Program-made: the position numbers and the translations under genes
Shown here: positions 1-10,352 of the stretch, one piece after another
How the letters are laid out: every line of letters starts with the position of its first letter
How positions within the stretch are numbered: position 1 is the stretch's first letter
Source: Halocafeteria seosinensis
Taxonomy: Eukaryota
Length of the DNA: 38,046 nucleotides
Direction: 5' to 3'
NCBI GenBank assembly: GCA_001687465.1
Contig: LVLI01000574.1
Location: 1 to 38,046 of the forward strand
Notes under the pieces: model-generated
Told to the model about the DNA's origin: nothing
Databases searched by the model: none
Seen by the model: the letters and a program-made list of their open reading frames with translations, nothing else

Positions 1-2
1 GT

Positions 3-215
3 CGGAAACAAATTCCTTTACCGTCGCTCGGTTTACATTGCTTTGGGAAAATGATACCAATCCAGGAACATATTTTGAGGTACGGTTATGCGGAAGCTTT
101 GACGCTTGCACTTCGAGAAGGCGACATACTGAGCGAGGAGGCTACCGGTGATATTCGCCGTTGGTACGACATTGAAGAATCCCAATGGATTATTTTTCAT
201 GGGCATAATCTGTAA
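3..215 (+). CDS. Possible 3' end of an upstream gene running in from the window edge; product unknown
   Basis: Frame 3 is open from base 3 to TAA at 213-215 (RKQIPLPSLGLHCFGKMIPIQEHILRYGYAEALTLALREGDILSEEATGDIRRWYDIEESQWIIFHGHNL). No recognisable motif; the other two plus frames stop earlier. Confidence 0.25.
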   Translation, partial: RKQIPLPSLGLHCFGKMIPIQEHILRYGYAEALTLALREGDILSEEATGDIRRWYDIEESQWIIFHGHNL

Positions 216-917
216 CACGCACCATTCTGATACACTCCAACGACAAATCTACCGATACTCTTCAATAGCCCTGCGTTTTTGACTAGTGGAGATTATAAGG
301 AAAGAGAGCTTCTTCAACACACACTCGGAACTTGTTGCTTGAGACCTGTGGTACTCGGGCTACCAGGTAGCCTACCACACCGATGGACGAAATCTTAGAC
401 CCCTACAAGTTGAACCTCCAACTCTAATATCTTCGATGAAGTTGGTACAGGTGGTACACAGGCCAAGCCACACAATGTCCGCAATGCCTCACGTCAGTCG
501 CGTGCCTCACGAATGTGGTGTACTGTATGTACTACACTGCTGCAATGACTAGTATCACACGTTTTAATCTCGGCTCTATACGCCTCAGTCACTCTGAAGC
601 TAGTAGTGGCAATTACAACCAACGTTTGCGCTCAAATAACCCCTCACGATGGAAGTTCGAGGAATCGAAGTTTGCAGCTTCGTGTATGCACGGTAAGTAC
701 AGTGGTCACGATGCGGTGTAACTTACACCGTGTAAGTAGCGGGAGGGGAATTTCAATACCAAGTTTCCGTCGGGCAAAAGCTGGCTTGTTCAAAACTGCA
801 GGCTATTTATCATACTGTTGAATAGGAATCCATTACAGGATGTCTCTTCTCAGACCGGAACTCTTCCGGTCGATCCAGTTCGCTTCCACCTTGACATTGA
901 GGTGTCAATTTGAGGCT

Positions 918-1117
918 CACAAATTCAAATTCACAACCGCCCGGACTGCTCCCCTCTATATACTATAGTGCAGTCAATACATGATTGTTGATGCATAATA
1001 GGGAAGAATATATATATATATATATATATATTACGTCTCAGATTGTTGTGAGACTGAATATTGTAGTATCAGTACGTGTNTTTGGCTCTCGCCCCAAGTC
1101 CGTGAATTTGAATTGTG
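918..1117. promoter_or_regulatory. Inverted pair of TGAATTTGAAT (TTTGAA/CHR-like) elements upstream of POLA2
   Basis: CACAAATTCAAATTCAC at 918-934 and GTGAATTTGAATTGTG at 1102-1117 form a near-perfect inverted repeat about 55-250 nt upstream of the ATG at 1171. The same 11-mer recurs at 10193-10203. Confidence 0.4.
1008..1031. repeat. (AT)n microsatellite
   Basis: About 12 AT units read directly. Confidence 0.95.
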
Positions 1118-1170
1118 GGGCTCTTTGCGCTATTTGAGAGGTTTATACAACAAACCAAGGCCCGATAAAA

Positions 1171-3613
1171 ATGTCACGCCAAAGCGAATTGAAGGATCTA
1201 TTCGATGACAGGAATATCAATGCCACAGATGATATCTGCATTGAAGGTAAGACGTGAAATAGCAAGTCCCGTTAGGCATTGACTATTTCAAAAAACAGTG
1301 AATGGCAGCAGTAGGGCAGAACCTCCTTTCGTGTTAATACGCAACTAATTATCATCGAGTTCAAACTGTATCTCTCTCACACTATGCAGCTGATCGTATC
1401 TGTCATGAAACTGGTATGGATGCTGACGCATTCGCCAATGAGGTGGAATCGATCCTGACTGCCAGTAGCAGCGACACATTAACAGAAGATATCATGAAAA
1501 GAATTGCAATGAAGAAGATGCCACAAGGGAGAAAATTCAAACCAAAGACATTAGGTGGACCAATACACCATACCCCAAAAAAGCTTGACAAGAAATCGAT
1601 GAAACATGTTCCAGGCTACGACCCATCCTTGGAATACTCACATCAGCACCCCGAGGTAAGAAACGGTGCAGCATTGAGATTTTGATCGCTAATCCATTCA
1701 AGAGCATTAGTGGCTTGATTGGTAAGCAGGACCCAACAGTTGGTACCAAACGCTCGCCTGAAACTATGAGTCCGGAAATGCCGACAAAGAAGGTAGTCCA
1801 GCATGTCCGTCCTAGTTCTAATAAGAATGTATCGGGTGCGGGTTCTGCCTCAGATCCGCTGAAGGTTCTGAGCGAGAAGAAGGAAGCTAGTTATGCGGAA
1901 AGAGAAGACTCGGGCAAAGTAATCATACAGTACAATGAAGAGTTGAACGTCTCATCGAAACCGTTCTTGTACCGCCACAACGAGAGCCGAGACGGTGTGC
2001 AAGAGGTAGTCGGCGATAAAGTAGAAGCACCTAACGTTGTTGTAACGCCTGCTATTAGCGACGAAATCCTGGAAACGATGTCGTCTATTTCGGAACAAGC
2101 AACCCAGAATACCAATATCACCCAACAAAAGAAGTTTCTGTATTCAAGATTAGCAGATCGGGCTGAGGGGATTGAATACCGACTTGCTGACTTCGAGCAA
2201 GGTGCTGAAGTCGATGAAAAGCAATACGATACCACTGTATTTGGTAGAGTGTGCTGTAATGCTGAAGGCGGAGTAGGGAAGCTAAATTCTACCTCGGTCG
2301 AATTAGAACTCTCGCGGAATACAGGCACGTTGGTGTGAACAAACTGTTCTTTGGGTGGTATCCTTTATTTTTGTGTACGTTTATGTGTACAGGCATATCT
2401 AAGAGGATTGAATTGAACCTGCAGGCTCTTAGCAATGTAATGCTGTTTCCCGGTCAAGTCATTGCTGCACAGGGAGCTCGGGAGAGCTCAACGAAACTTC
2501 ATGTATCCAATATTGTCACAAGCGCCCGCTTACCGCTTCCGAGAAGCCCTGGAAGCTTGCTGGAAAAGGAGCGTAGAACAAGGGAAGTCGACGAGCAGAC
2601 TACAGTGCCTGTCCGGGGAGGAGGCCCCTTGCGTGTTTGGATTGCAGGCGGACAATTCACCTTAGACAACGATCTCGAGTTCAAACCGCTCCTGGATCTG
2701 TTTCAGGAAGTCATGGCTCATCCTCCGGATGTATTAATACTCGTGCGTATTTAGTAACATCATGCTATTGTGTAGTAGGTTTCGAGACAGCATTATCTAT
2801 TAACTACTGCAGATGGGACCGGTTTTGCCTGAATCTCATCCGATGATTCGTCAAGGGAACGCCTACCGACATTTTAAGGAAAAAGACTATGTTCATTCGT
2901 TTCAAGACTTGTTCACTAAAAAGTGTAAGCTATACATCATCCCTTAATTCCTCCATTCCGTGTTCACTTATGGATCTCAATGTGCCGCAGTTTGGAAGAA
3001 TGTCACCGGTTTGTTGAAGAAAGTCTCGCATCTCCGTGTTGTTATGGTGCCGTCAGTAGACGACGTGTTATCGTTGCCCATTCTCCCGTCTGCTCCGTTT
3101 GATCATGGAACTACCGATGCTCAGCGTATACATGTTCTTTCTAATCCTTCCACGTTTACAATCGGAGACGCTGCAAGCAAATTGGTGTTTGGTGGGATAT
3201 CGACGGATGTCCTGTTCGACATCAGACGAGAACGTTTTGCGAAGGGAGATAAAGAGTTTATGTCCAATACCAATAAGCTTGAAACTGCTGTAGATGACCT
3301 TCTGGACCAGCGGTCTTACTATCCTCTCTACCCGGGAAACCCGGATACCCCTCTAGATATGAGTTTGGCTGAACACTTGCGGATGCCCATGTCACCCGAT
3401 ATCCTTTTCGTTCGCTCTAGGCTGAGACCATTCATATCGAATCGAAACGGGACATTGGCCATTAACACGGGGAAACTAGCCACCATGAACCGCGGAGGAA
3501 CGTTTGCTAAGCTGTACATCAACCCCATAGACACCAATTCAGTGGTGGATGAGGACGGCTCGTTTCAGCATAACGTTGCGGAGAGGACTAAAGCGGAAAT
3601 AGTATGCATCTAG
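1171..3613 (+). CDS. POLA2: DNA polymerase alpha subunit B (Pol12/POLA2), 6 exons, about 673 aa
   Basis: Exons 1171-1246, 1390-1655, 1730-2324, 2393-2742, 2813-2924, 2991-3613 join in frame. Family motifs: VFGRVCC..GKLN..SV.LE.SR, LFPGQVIAA.G, PDVLILMGP, VMVPSVDD, LSNPSTF, QRSYYPLYP, PDIL...S.L.PF, INTGKL....GGTFAKL, ERTKAEIV. Confidence 0.93.
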
Positions 3614-4099
3614 GAGGTGTAAGTATACAGTAACATACATCTAAACCAGGCTCTAATCTTTTAGTCTGCCGTTTAGTCTACCCCAAAAGTGGAATTGGAC
3701 AGTTTCAACACGAATACACCGAATTGACGAATGACGTGATAGTATGTAGCTTCAAGAGTCCATTAGCCGTTGGCAACTTGGAGATTTTTCGTGGTGCTGT
3801 GAATGTCCGCGCTGCTACAAGACATATACAGTAGTAGTCACTAAGTAGTGATTAGTGAGTAAGCACATTTGATACACTAAGATAGGGACATTCTTCTCTT
3901 ACATAATCCCATGGGGAGTTACACCACCTTGAAATCTAGGCCGACGTTAAAGTAATCCCCATACCCGTTCCCACGAGCACCTGGACAGCACCAGCAGAAA
4001 TCCCACAGAGTTATTGATTTCTTCAAACGCGAGACAGTCGAATTTATACATAGATCATTTATATACGACTGGTGAAAGGAATCGACTATACCTAGGAAG

Positions 4100-4719
4100 A
4101 TGAATGGTGATATAAGTGAAGGTACGATTAAGGTTTCCCTTCGAAACCGCCACTCTCTTTTACGGTAGAGTCTCCAACAAGCATTATTTACCTTCCCTTT
4201 GGTTTGACTATGGGATATTTCGATTGTGCAGGAGACCTCGGGAGACGGGTGATCATAGTCTTGGCTAATTCAAAGGTGCCAGAGCTCACGACTAGGCTCA
4301 ACACAGCGATTTCCATTTACCAACCGGGACGGGATGTGGTGATAGTATCCGGAGGAGGACGGACGCGAAATGACAGCGGAGAGAGCTGGATGGAAGCAGA
4401 TTTCATGGCGTTCTATCTCAGTCAACATGGCGTGGAAAGTGTTCACAAAGAAAGTGAATCGCGTGATACCATAGCTAATATCCAGAATAGCGAAGCAATC
4501 ATTCAATCCTGTGGTTTCGCCGACCGTCAGCGAGTGATCGTAACTTCGACGTATCATCTTCGGAGAAGTTTTGTTATAGCTACGGTATTTATGCCATCTC
4601 AACTCGTTCAAACTGTGCCAACAGGAGAACCACTCACCTATTCGCTGGACGCACGCGAATGGAAACTTACTAAAAAATTTCTCAATCAATATCTTCAGCT
4701 CCCGTTTGATAATAGATAA
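4100..4719 (+). CDS. DUF218 / YdcF-like (ElyC/SanA family) protein, 2 exons, about 169 aa
   Basis: Exon 4100-4121 (MNGDISE-G), intron 4122-4231 (GTACGA...TGCAG), exon 4232-4719. Typical DUF218 motif order: IIVLA, RL..A, VIVSGG, EA.FM..YL, E.ESRDTIAN, IVTSTYHLRRS. Confidence 0.85.
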
Positions 4720-5104
4720 AGTATCTCTGCAATACTCTTGTAGAAAGCGAAAGCATAACTTAAAAACCGAATAAGAATCATTCCGTGAAAAAGGCACATT
4801 GGGAATTCTATTTGTAGGGCCTTTCGAGAATTCCACGTTTGCGGAATTGAGTTTCCCCTTCTTAAAGAGTATTGTGAATGATTAGTAGACAGGTGCTTCA
4901 AGATGAAACACATTCATTCGTTTAAACGATTAGGCATGCTATCATCAGTGAAATATCATAAAATAAACGTTGTATTGAAGAAGTAAACTTCTGGAATTCT
5001 TCTTTCCAGTGAGCATCTCAATACGTAGGGTATTGTACGATTTGGAGAAAACTAACCCTCATTTAGCGCATGCAACCTATATCATCTGAACCAAGAGACA
5101 AAGT

Positions 5105-6608
5105 ATGCTGGTGAGCGCTAAGAAACTATACGATGAAAATGTCATAGCTCAGAAAGCCCCAACTAGAACGCAACAAGAATTCTTCGTTTCTTCCAAGGAA
5201 CCACAGCATGCTGCTGCTATATCCGATGAGCATACGACCAACACGATTAACCCTTGTAGTACGCTTGATGACTCTAAGTATTCTGGGCAACGGCTGTTTG
5301 AAGAGCTTTGTCCTCCGGCCCTCAGGCAACGCTGTCGAATGAATCTGGACAGTCGCGGAGATAGCAAGGAATTCTTCGTACCGCCATCCTTAATATTGGA
5401 TTTCCCTTTGGATGATCAAATGTTCCAGAAAAACGTCCACGCTGTCGATATTACACTATCGGGAGAGCGAGACCGACTATTTGGACTACTGTGTTCCCAG
5501 CACCTGGATCGACAACTCACCGACGAAGCAGTGGCAATTCCTCTTTGCGGACTCGATGAACAGGCGAAAAGCCACATAATCCTTTGTGTCGTTGGAGAAA
5601 AGAGAGATTTCGAAGGTCGCGTGAAGAAACATGTAGAGGAATTCAAGCGGATAACCCGTCATCCACATGTAAGTATAGTTCTGGAGGACATGGGCGGACG
5701 CAGAGCTTTCGTTGACGTGCCAGACCACCTCCGCCGAGCGGTGGTTTGTCAACTGTTAGTCCGACGACTTCAGCAAGAAGGATGGTATCTCCAAACTGGG
5801 CGATCCCATATTCGACCGGCAGCAAGGTTTAAAAAAGAAGAAAAAGTGGATGACGGTGTCCTGCGCTACGCCATTCCAATTCTCCTAGTCCCAATTAAGG
5901 ATAATGATCACGATGCAAAAGTTAAAGTTGTGAGCTGTCTGCGGTTGGCCATTCTCGGCGGTTCTTCAACAAACTCTATGGCGGTTGAGGTTTGTTACTG
6001 GGCAGAACGCTGGCTCTGGCAAGACTCGGTTATTTTCGATAGGTACGATTCCACTGCACTAGATTCGTCTACTCGTTCAGAATTCCTCGTCCTCTGCAGC
6101 CCAAGCCGTCCGGATTTCGAGCAAGTTTACGAATTACCCAGCATGCAAACGCGATTTGTCAATCGATTTCATTCAAGCTTTCCGAGTAACATTCCCAGGA
6201 TTCGTGGTAACCGTGAACGCCATTGGATGATGCACTATCCTCTGTCGCAGAAAGAGCAAGAGACTACAATCGCGAAGTATTTCATGTTCCCGGATTGGCT
6301 GACGAACCGAGTAAGTTCTTTACCAATTAATACCGGCACGCTGTTCCATCAGTGCTTCTTGTACCCGCCTGCAGTCTAGCTCCAGCGACATACGTTATTT
6401 CCGACTCACTGCGAATCCAAATACATGCCCATACACTACGAGCGTCGCGGAAACATTTCAGATAGTTCACTCATACTCCATTCAGAGGTGCTTAACCAGA
6501 AGTCGAGCAGCACACGCCCTGTCGCAAGTGGTAGCCTCCTTATTTGGATTCGGACACAAGACGAAATATTCCGTAAATAATGACAAGAGAGCTAGGACCT
6601 CTAAGTAA
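5105..6608 (+). CDS. Hypothetical protein, possibly DUF4708/C18orf63-like, 2 exons, about 479 aa
   Basis: ORF from 5105 with a GTAAGT donor at 6311 and a CCTGCAG acceptor ending at 6374. The phase-0 join extends the frame to TAA at 6606-6608. The segment VYELPSMQ...FHSSFP.....RHW..HY resembles, from memory, the CYVLPSM...RHW..LYG block of DUF4708 (family call tentative). Confidence 0.65.
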
Positions 6609-6722
6609 CATCACTCATGCTATCGCCGGTCTGCATTTTCCAATCCTATCGCGAGTCTTAGCTTGGAGATCGTCCTACGATGGATATAGATATGCTAAAT
6701 ACATACAAAAATATAAGCGTTA

Positions 6723-9700
6723 TCATTCCTCGGCCAGACTAAACTGTAATTGACGTTGGCGCCGACGATCTGATGAACGCTTCTCCGATCCTTCCAGATT
6801 GGCAATGGATCTCAATGGAGAAAAACCTACGTTGGCACCATCGTTACCTAACCTTCTCCTTTGAAGCGACGGAGGAGGAGCCATCGGTGTTTCAAACTTC
6901 ATTGAGTTGTCCTGTTCCTGTTGGCGACGCAGTTCTGGAGTCTGCTGAGACAATTTGCGTTGAAGAGACATCTGCGCAAGCGGGGTTGATTCTGAACACT
7001 TCTGGCTCCCGTCGGTAGTTCGGCTTGGTGTCCTCGGTGACTGATTCGACGCGGATTCGACGCTTTTCCAAGCTTGCGATGATACGGAATTCGATCCCGA
7101 GTCTTTATTTGCCGTCTTTCCAGGTAGATGGGATTTCCGCTTCTCCGAGTCCTGGTGCTCATTCTTGCTGGTACGACTTCGTTTTCTGCGCTTCGGGACC
7201 TTCGCATGAGCCGGCCGTCCAAAATGACTACTGCACAAAGCAGACGTAAAATAACCCAAATTTTCGTCTTTTGTTAAGTGTTTGGCAATTTTATCCAGCT
7301 TTTCGTTCGACGCGTTATGATCCGTCTTCCCCTTTCGTTTGCTCTTTACACGCAGTTTCTTTTTCTGCTTACTCGGACGGGACGGCTCAGCTTTGGAGTT
7401 CGAATTTTGAACGTCCTCCTTCGGGGCTACTTTACTCTCTTCTTCGACACTGTTCGTCGATGCAGAACGGCATACGCTCTTGTAGTATCTCTTCCTCTGA
7501 CGAACCTGTCTTCCGGTGTGTCGGGTAGAACCTACGGCAATAGGTGCTGCTTCCGCCGACTGCGTAGGCTTTATGTCAATAGCAAGTTGCCACCGCTCAA
7601 GCGGACGCTCGATGCGGCTATTAAACTGGTCTTTCGAGCGGCATGGCTTCCAACTATCGTCAGATCCAGGGCAGAACTCAATAGCAACAAGTCTTGAAGG
7701 GACGTCCATCTCAATGGTAGACATGAGGTCCAGTAAGAGCCAAGGAATACGCTTCCCGAAAATTCGCACTACGGTGGTGGCTAGAAAGCTTTCAGCTCGT
7801 TCGAACTGGGATGGGAGGCTCTCGTAATAAGTTGACGGAAGGGATTGCAACAGCTGCGAAGAACGACCTGTAAGTTCAATGTGTAATGTGCGCCAGAGCT
7901 GAGCCGTGTGCACAACGGATCTAAGATCCGGCTCCGGTGATACCACTTGCAAAGGTCTAATATCTTCCGATGGTTCCTGACAGGCAACGTTACGACTAAA
8001 ACACGATTTAAGCCTTGAACGAGGCCGTAGACAGATAAGAGGCAAATCATTTGCAGTCTCCGCGTACACTGTTGAAGCGGTCCAGCTCTTCATCAAAAAG
8101 CGGAGCAATAATTGCAAATATACCTCCCGCGCCCGTAAACGTTTCAACTCAACATCGCGAGAAGACGACAAGAATGGAAATATACTTTCGACATGAGCCG
8201 TTGTACTAGTAAATCCCGAATAAGCATCATGCAGATCTTTGGGAGGAATGGTCAGCACGTTCGCAACAAATTCGTACAGAATTTTCCACGTACTGATTGA
8301 GACATCCATTTCCGTATTAAACAGCAACATCTCGAATGGTAACCAAGGTGTCTTGAAAGCGGTGCTAGCAATTCCATCGGGAGGGTCTTTCAAGTTTTGA
8401 GGGCCAAGAGCATTTTCCAAAGACATGAGTGCACTGGGGATCGAATGAAGGACGAAGTTTGTTGGATCATCTGGACCGTCTATAGACATACGCACAGCTT
8501 GAGTATCTTTCAAGGTGCGGCCTAGGACATTCACTGCATATGCAAGATATAAATCCTTGAAAACCATATTGGCGTCATCCGGAAGGCAAACGCCCAGAAT
8601 CACGGTGCGTCCATCTTCTTGTTCTTCTAGTGAGACCCGGTGAGTATGTGGGATGGTTGTAAACGGAACTTGGCCGTTCACCACAATGTGATCCATCTCC
8701 CCGACTGAGGACTGCATTCCCTCTTCTGCTGGATCGGTGGAGCAGCTCCCGGTCGCTATACGGGGCTTTTCGTTGACAGCGCATGGCGTGTCTCGGATGA
8801 ATCGCCCGAGGAGGGCTAACGCTCTCTCCGCCCCGTGCTCCCTGTCTTGGCCAACGGCTGAGAATGTCCAGTTCTTAATTCCTAAGCACAAGGATCGGTT
8901 GATGAGTATGACCGCTGAGTACTCAAGGGCATCCGTGGACTCGCTTTGCAAGATGCAGAGTTCGGGCTCATGTAGAAGAACATGCGTCGGAATACGCGAG
9001 GCGGGACAGCTAACCCATAGAACATCTGTATCCATTGCATGCCCATTAGCGACTTGCCTAGGCTGAACACTGCCCAACGGTAGAGTTTTGAGTATCTTCG
9101 CTTCAGAAATACCTTTAGCAGAGCCTTCAGTCGCTATGTGGAACACTTCCCGTTCGCTGGATAGCACCCCGGCTGGATCTGAGAGCTTCAGACTGTTTGA
9201 GGCTAAGCAACCACGACAATCTGCCGGAATAACAAAGTCTTCTGCCAGCTTCCTGTACGTAATAAAAGAGAATTCCTCCGACTGACTGTTCGTTTCTGGT
9301 TGCCAGTGATTTTCAGTTTCACACGGAGAGACCCACGTTACGCTAGAATTTTTCTCTTTGCATTTGCCTATAAGTTGTAGCAGTTGGTTCGGTTGAGTTG
9401 AAAGAGTTGAGGACGATAACGTCTTGTCAGGAGGCCATCGGGCAATGACAACTACTCTTGATCTGTCTGGGTCCTGAACAACCCAGTGCTCACATCGCCG
9501 CAAAGCTTCTTCTGCTGTTGTTTCGCAGGTTGGCGTAGTTGCCGCCGAGTTCCGAAGAAACGTCTCTAACTCACCTGCTATATCCTTATTCACATCCGCA
9601 ATGTCTTCGTACCTGACTGTAAAGACCTCGGACGACGGAGAAGGCTGCGCAAGGGACATGCCCGCGCTGTTTCCTTTGTGAGAAGTGCCACCAGATCGTG

Positions 9701-10073
9701 TGCGACGGCGAGTTGCCGGCCGTTTAGGGGACTCCTTGCTGAAATTATCAAAAATTTCCACCTGTACGGAAGGTACAGAACTAGATTCTGTTGAAATACG
9801 TCCTTCATGCGATTTCTCCTCATCTGCCGCTAACAATTGACTAATATCCCATCGGAAGAAAGTTGCAATATGATCCGCCACGACTTCCACAATTCGTCCC
9901 ACTCTATCCTGTCTCGCTCTCGAGCCGTCACAGCTGTCACTAGTTGATGATGGATCGTTTGATCGTGTATGGGAAGCTGGGTTTGGCTGTTTGGAGGCTG
10001 TATGACTCTGTATATCCACCCTGGAGGGCGCCTCTTGCTCCACCAATGCTGATTTCTCGATCAAGACTCTCAT
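6723..10073 (-). CDS. Probable Treslin/TICRR (Sld3-like) replication-initiation factor, 1116 aa
   Basis: Long uninterrupted ORF. Central helical block LTIPPKDLHDAY ... RAREVYLQLLLRF ... FLATTVVRIFGKRIPWLLLDLMSTIEMDVP matches the pattern of the Sld3/Treslin (STD) domain. It is followed by a basic disordered tail with several S/T-P sites (SPRTPSR, STPL, QTPE, ETPM, SPLR). The CDS itself is high confidence; the family assignment is moderate. Confidence 0.65.
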   Translation of the reverse strand: MRVLIEKSALVEQEAPSRVDIQSHTASKQPNPASHTRSNDPSSTSDSCDGSRARQDRVGRIVEVVADHIATFFRWDISQLLAADEEKSHEGRISTESSSVPSVQVEIFDNFSKESPKRPATRRRTRSGGTSHKGNSAGMSLAQPSPSSEVFTVRYEDIADVNKDIAGELETFLRNSAATTPTCETTAEEALRRCEHWVVQDPDRSRVVVIARWPPDKTLSSSTLSTQPNQLLQLIGKCKEKNSSVTWVSPCETENHWQPETNSQSEEFSFITYRKLAEDFVIPADCRGCLASNSLKLSDPAGVLSSEREVFHIATEGSAKGISEAKILKTLPLGSVQPRQVANGHAMDTDVLWVSCPASRIPTHVLLHEPELCILQSESTDALEYSAVILINRSLCLGIKNWTFSAVGQDREHGAERALALLGRFIRDTPCAVNEKPRIATGSCSTDPAEEGMQSSVGEMDHIVVNGQVPFTTIPHTHRVSLEEQEDGRTVILGVCLPDDANMVFKDLYLAYAVNVLGRTLKDTQAVRMSIDGPDDPTNFVLHSIPSALMSLENALGPQNLKDPPDGIASTAFKTPWLPFEMLLFNTEMDVSISTWKILYEFVANVLTIPPKDLHDAYSGFTSTTAHVESIFPFLSSSRDVELKRLRAREVYLQLLLRFLMKSWTASTVYAETANDLPLICLRPRSRLKSCFSRNVACQEPSEDIRPLQVVSPEPDLRSVVHTAQLWRTLHIELTGRSSQLLQSLPSTYYESLPSQFERAESFLATTVVRIFGKRIPWLLLDLMSTIEMDVPSRLVAIEFCPGSDDSWKPCRSKDQFNSRIERPLERWQLAIDIKPTQSAEAAPIAVGSTRHTGRQVRQRKRYYKSVCRSASTNSVEEESKVAPKEDVQNSNSKAEPSRPSKQKKKLRVKSKRKGKTDHNASNEKLDKIAKHLTKDENLGYFTSALCSSHFGRPAHAKVPKRRKRSRTSKNEHQDSEKRKSHLPGKTANKDSGSNSVSSQAWKSVESASNQSPRTPSRTTDGSQKCSESTPLAQMSLQRKLSQQTPELRRQQEQDNSMKFETPMAPPPSLQRRRLGNDGANVGFSPLRSIANLEGSEKRSSDRRRQRQLQFSLAEE

Positions 10074-10190
10074 TTTTCCAGCTTCCTACGATGCTATTCT
10101 AAGAGAAAAACACTTCATTGTATCTATCGATACACGAGGAACCCAAAAAATTTGACTACATGAGTCCATTGGGCACGAATATCTGGTGTT

Positions 10191-10203
10191 TTTGAATTTG
10201 AAT
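10191..10203. promoter_or_regulatory. Tandem TTTGAA (CHR-like) motif in the divergent Treslin-like/gatB promoter
   Basis: TTTGAATTTGAAT lies in the 279-nt head-to-head intergenic region, about 120 nt upstream of the Treslin-like ATG. Confidence 0.35.
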
Positions 10204-10352
10204 CGGAGGTGAAACAAAACTTTATCCGGTTGGCAAACGTGCTGTATAATACAGTGTATATACACCCCTTCAGAGAGTCTGACAGACTCAGACAGAGACG
10301 AGACGATATAGGGTTGAGTTTGTGGAGTAGTGCAGGTTTAGCTAGTGCTGTC

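Noticed and set aside
853..871. Hairpin GACCGGAA-CTC-TTCCGGTC resembling a terminator or paired ETS-like sites
   Set aside because: A single 8-bp stem with no U-tract in a eukaryotic context; could arise by chance.
1416..3613. Fragmented ORFs of POLA2 (and similarly Rab and LST8) read as frameshifted pseudogenes or recoding
   Set aside because: All breaks are explained by short introns with consistent phases that restore full-length proteins.
10209..10352. 48-codon upstream extension of the gatB ORF in the ORF track
   Set aside because: It starts at GTG in a eukaryotic gene and overlaps the divergent promoter. The ATG at 10353 gives a plausible mitochondrial presequence.
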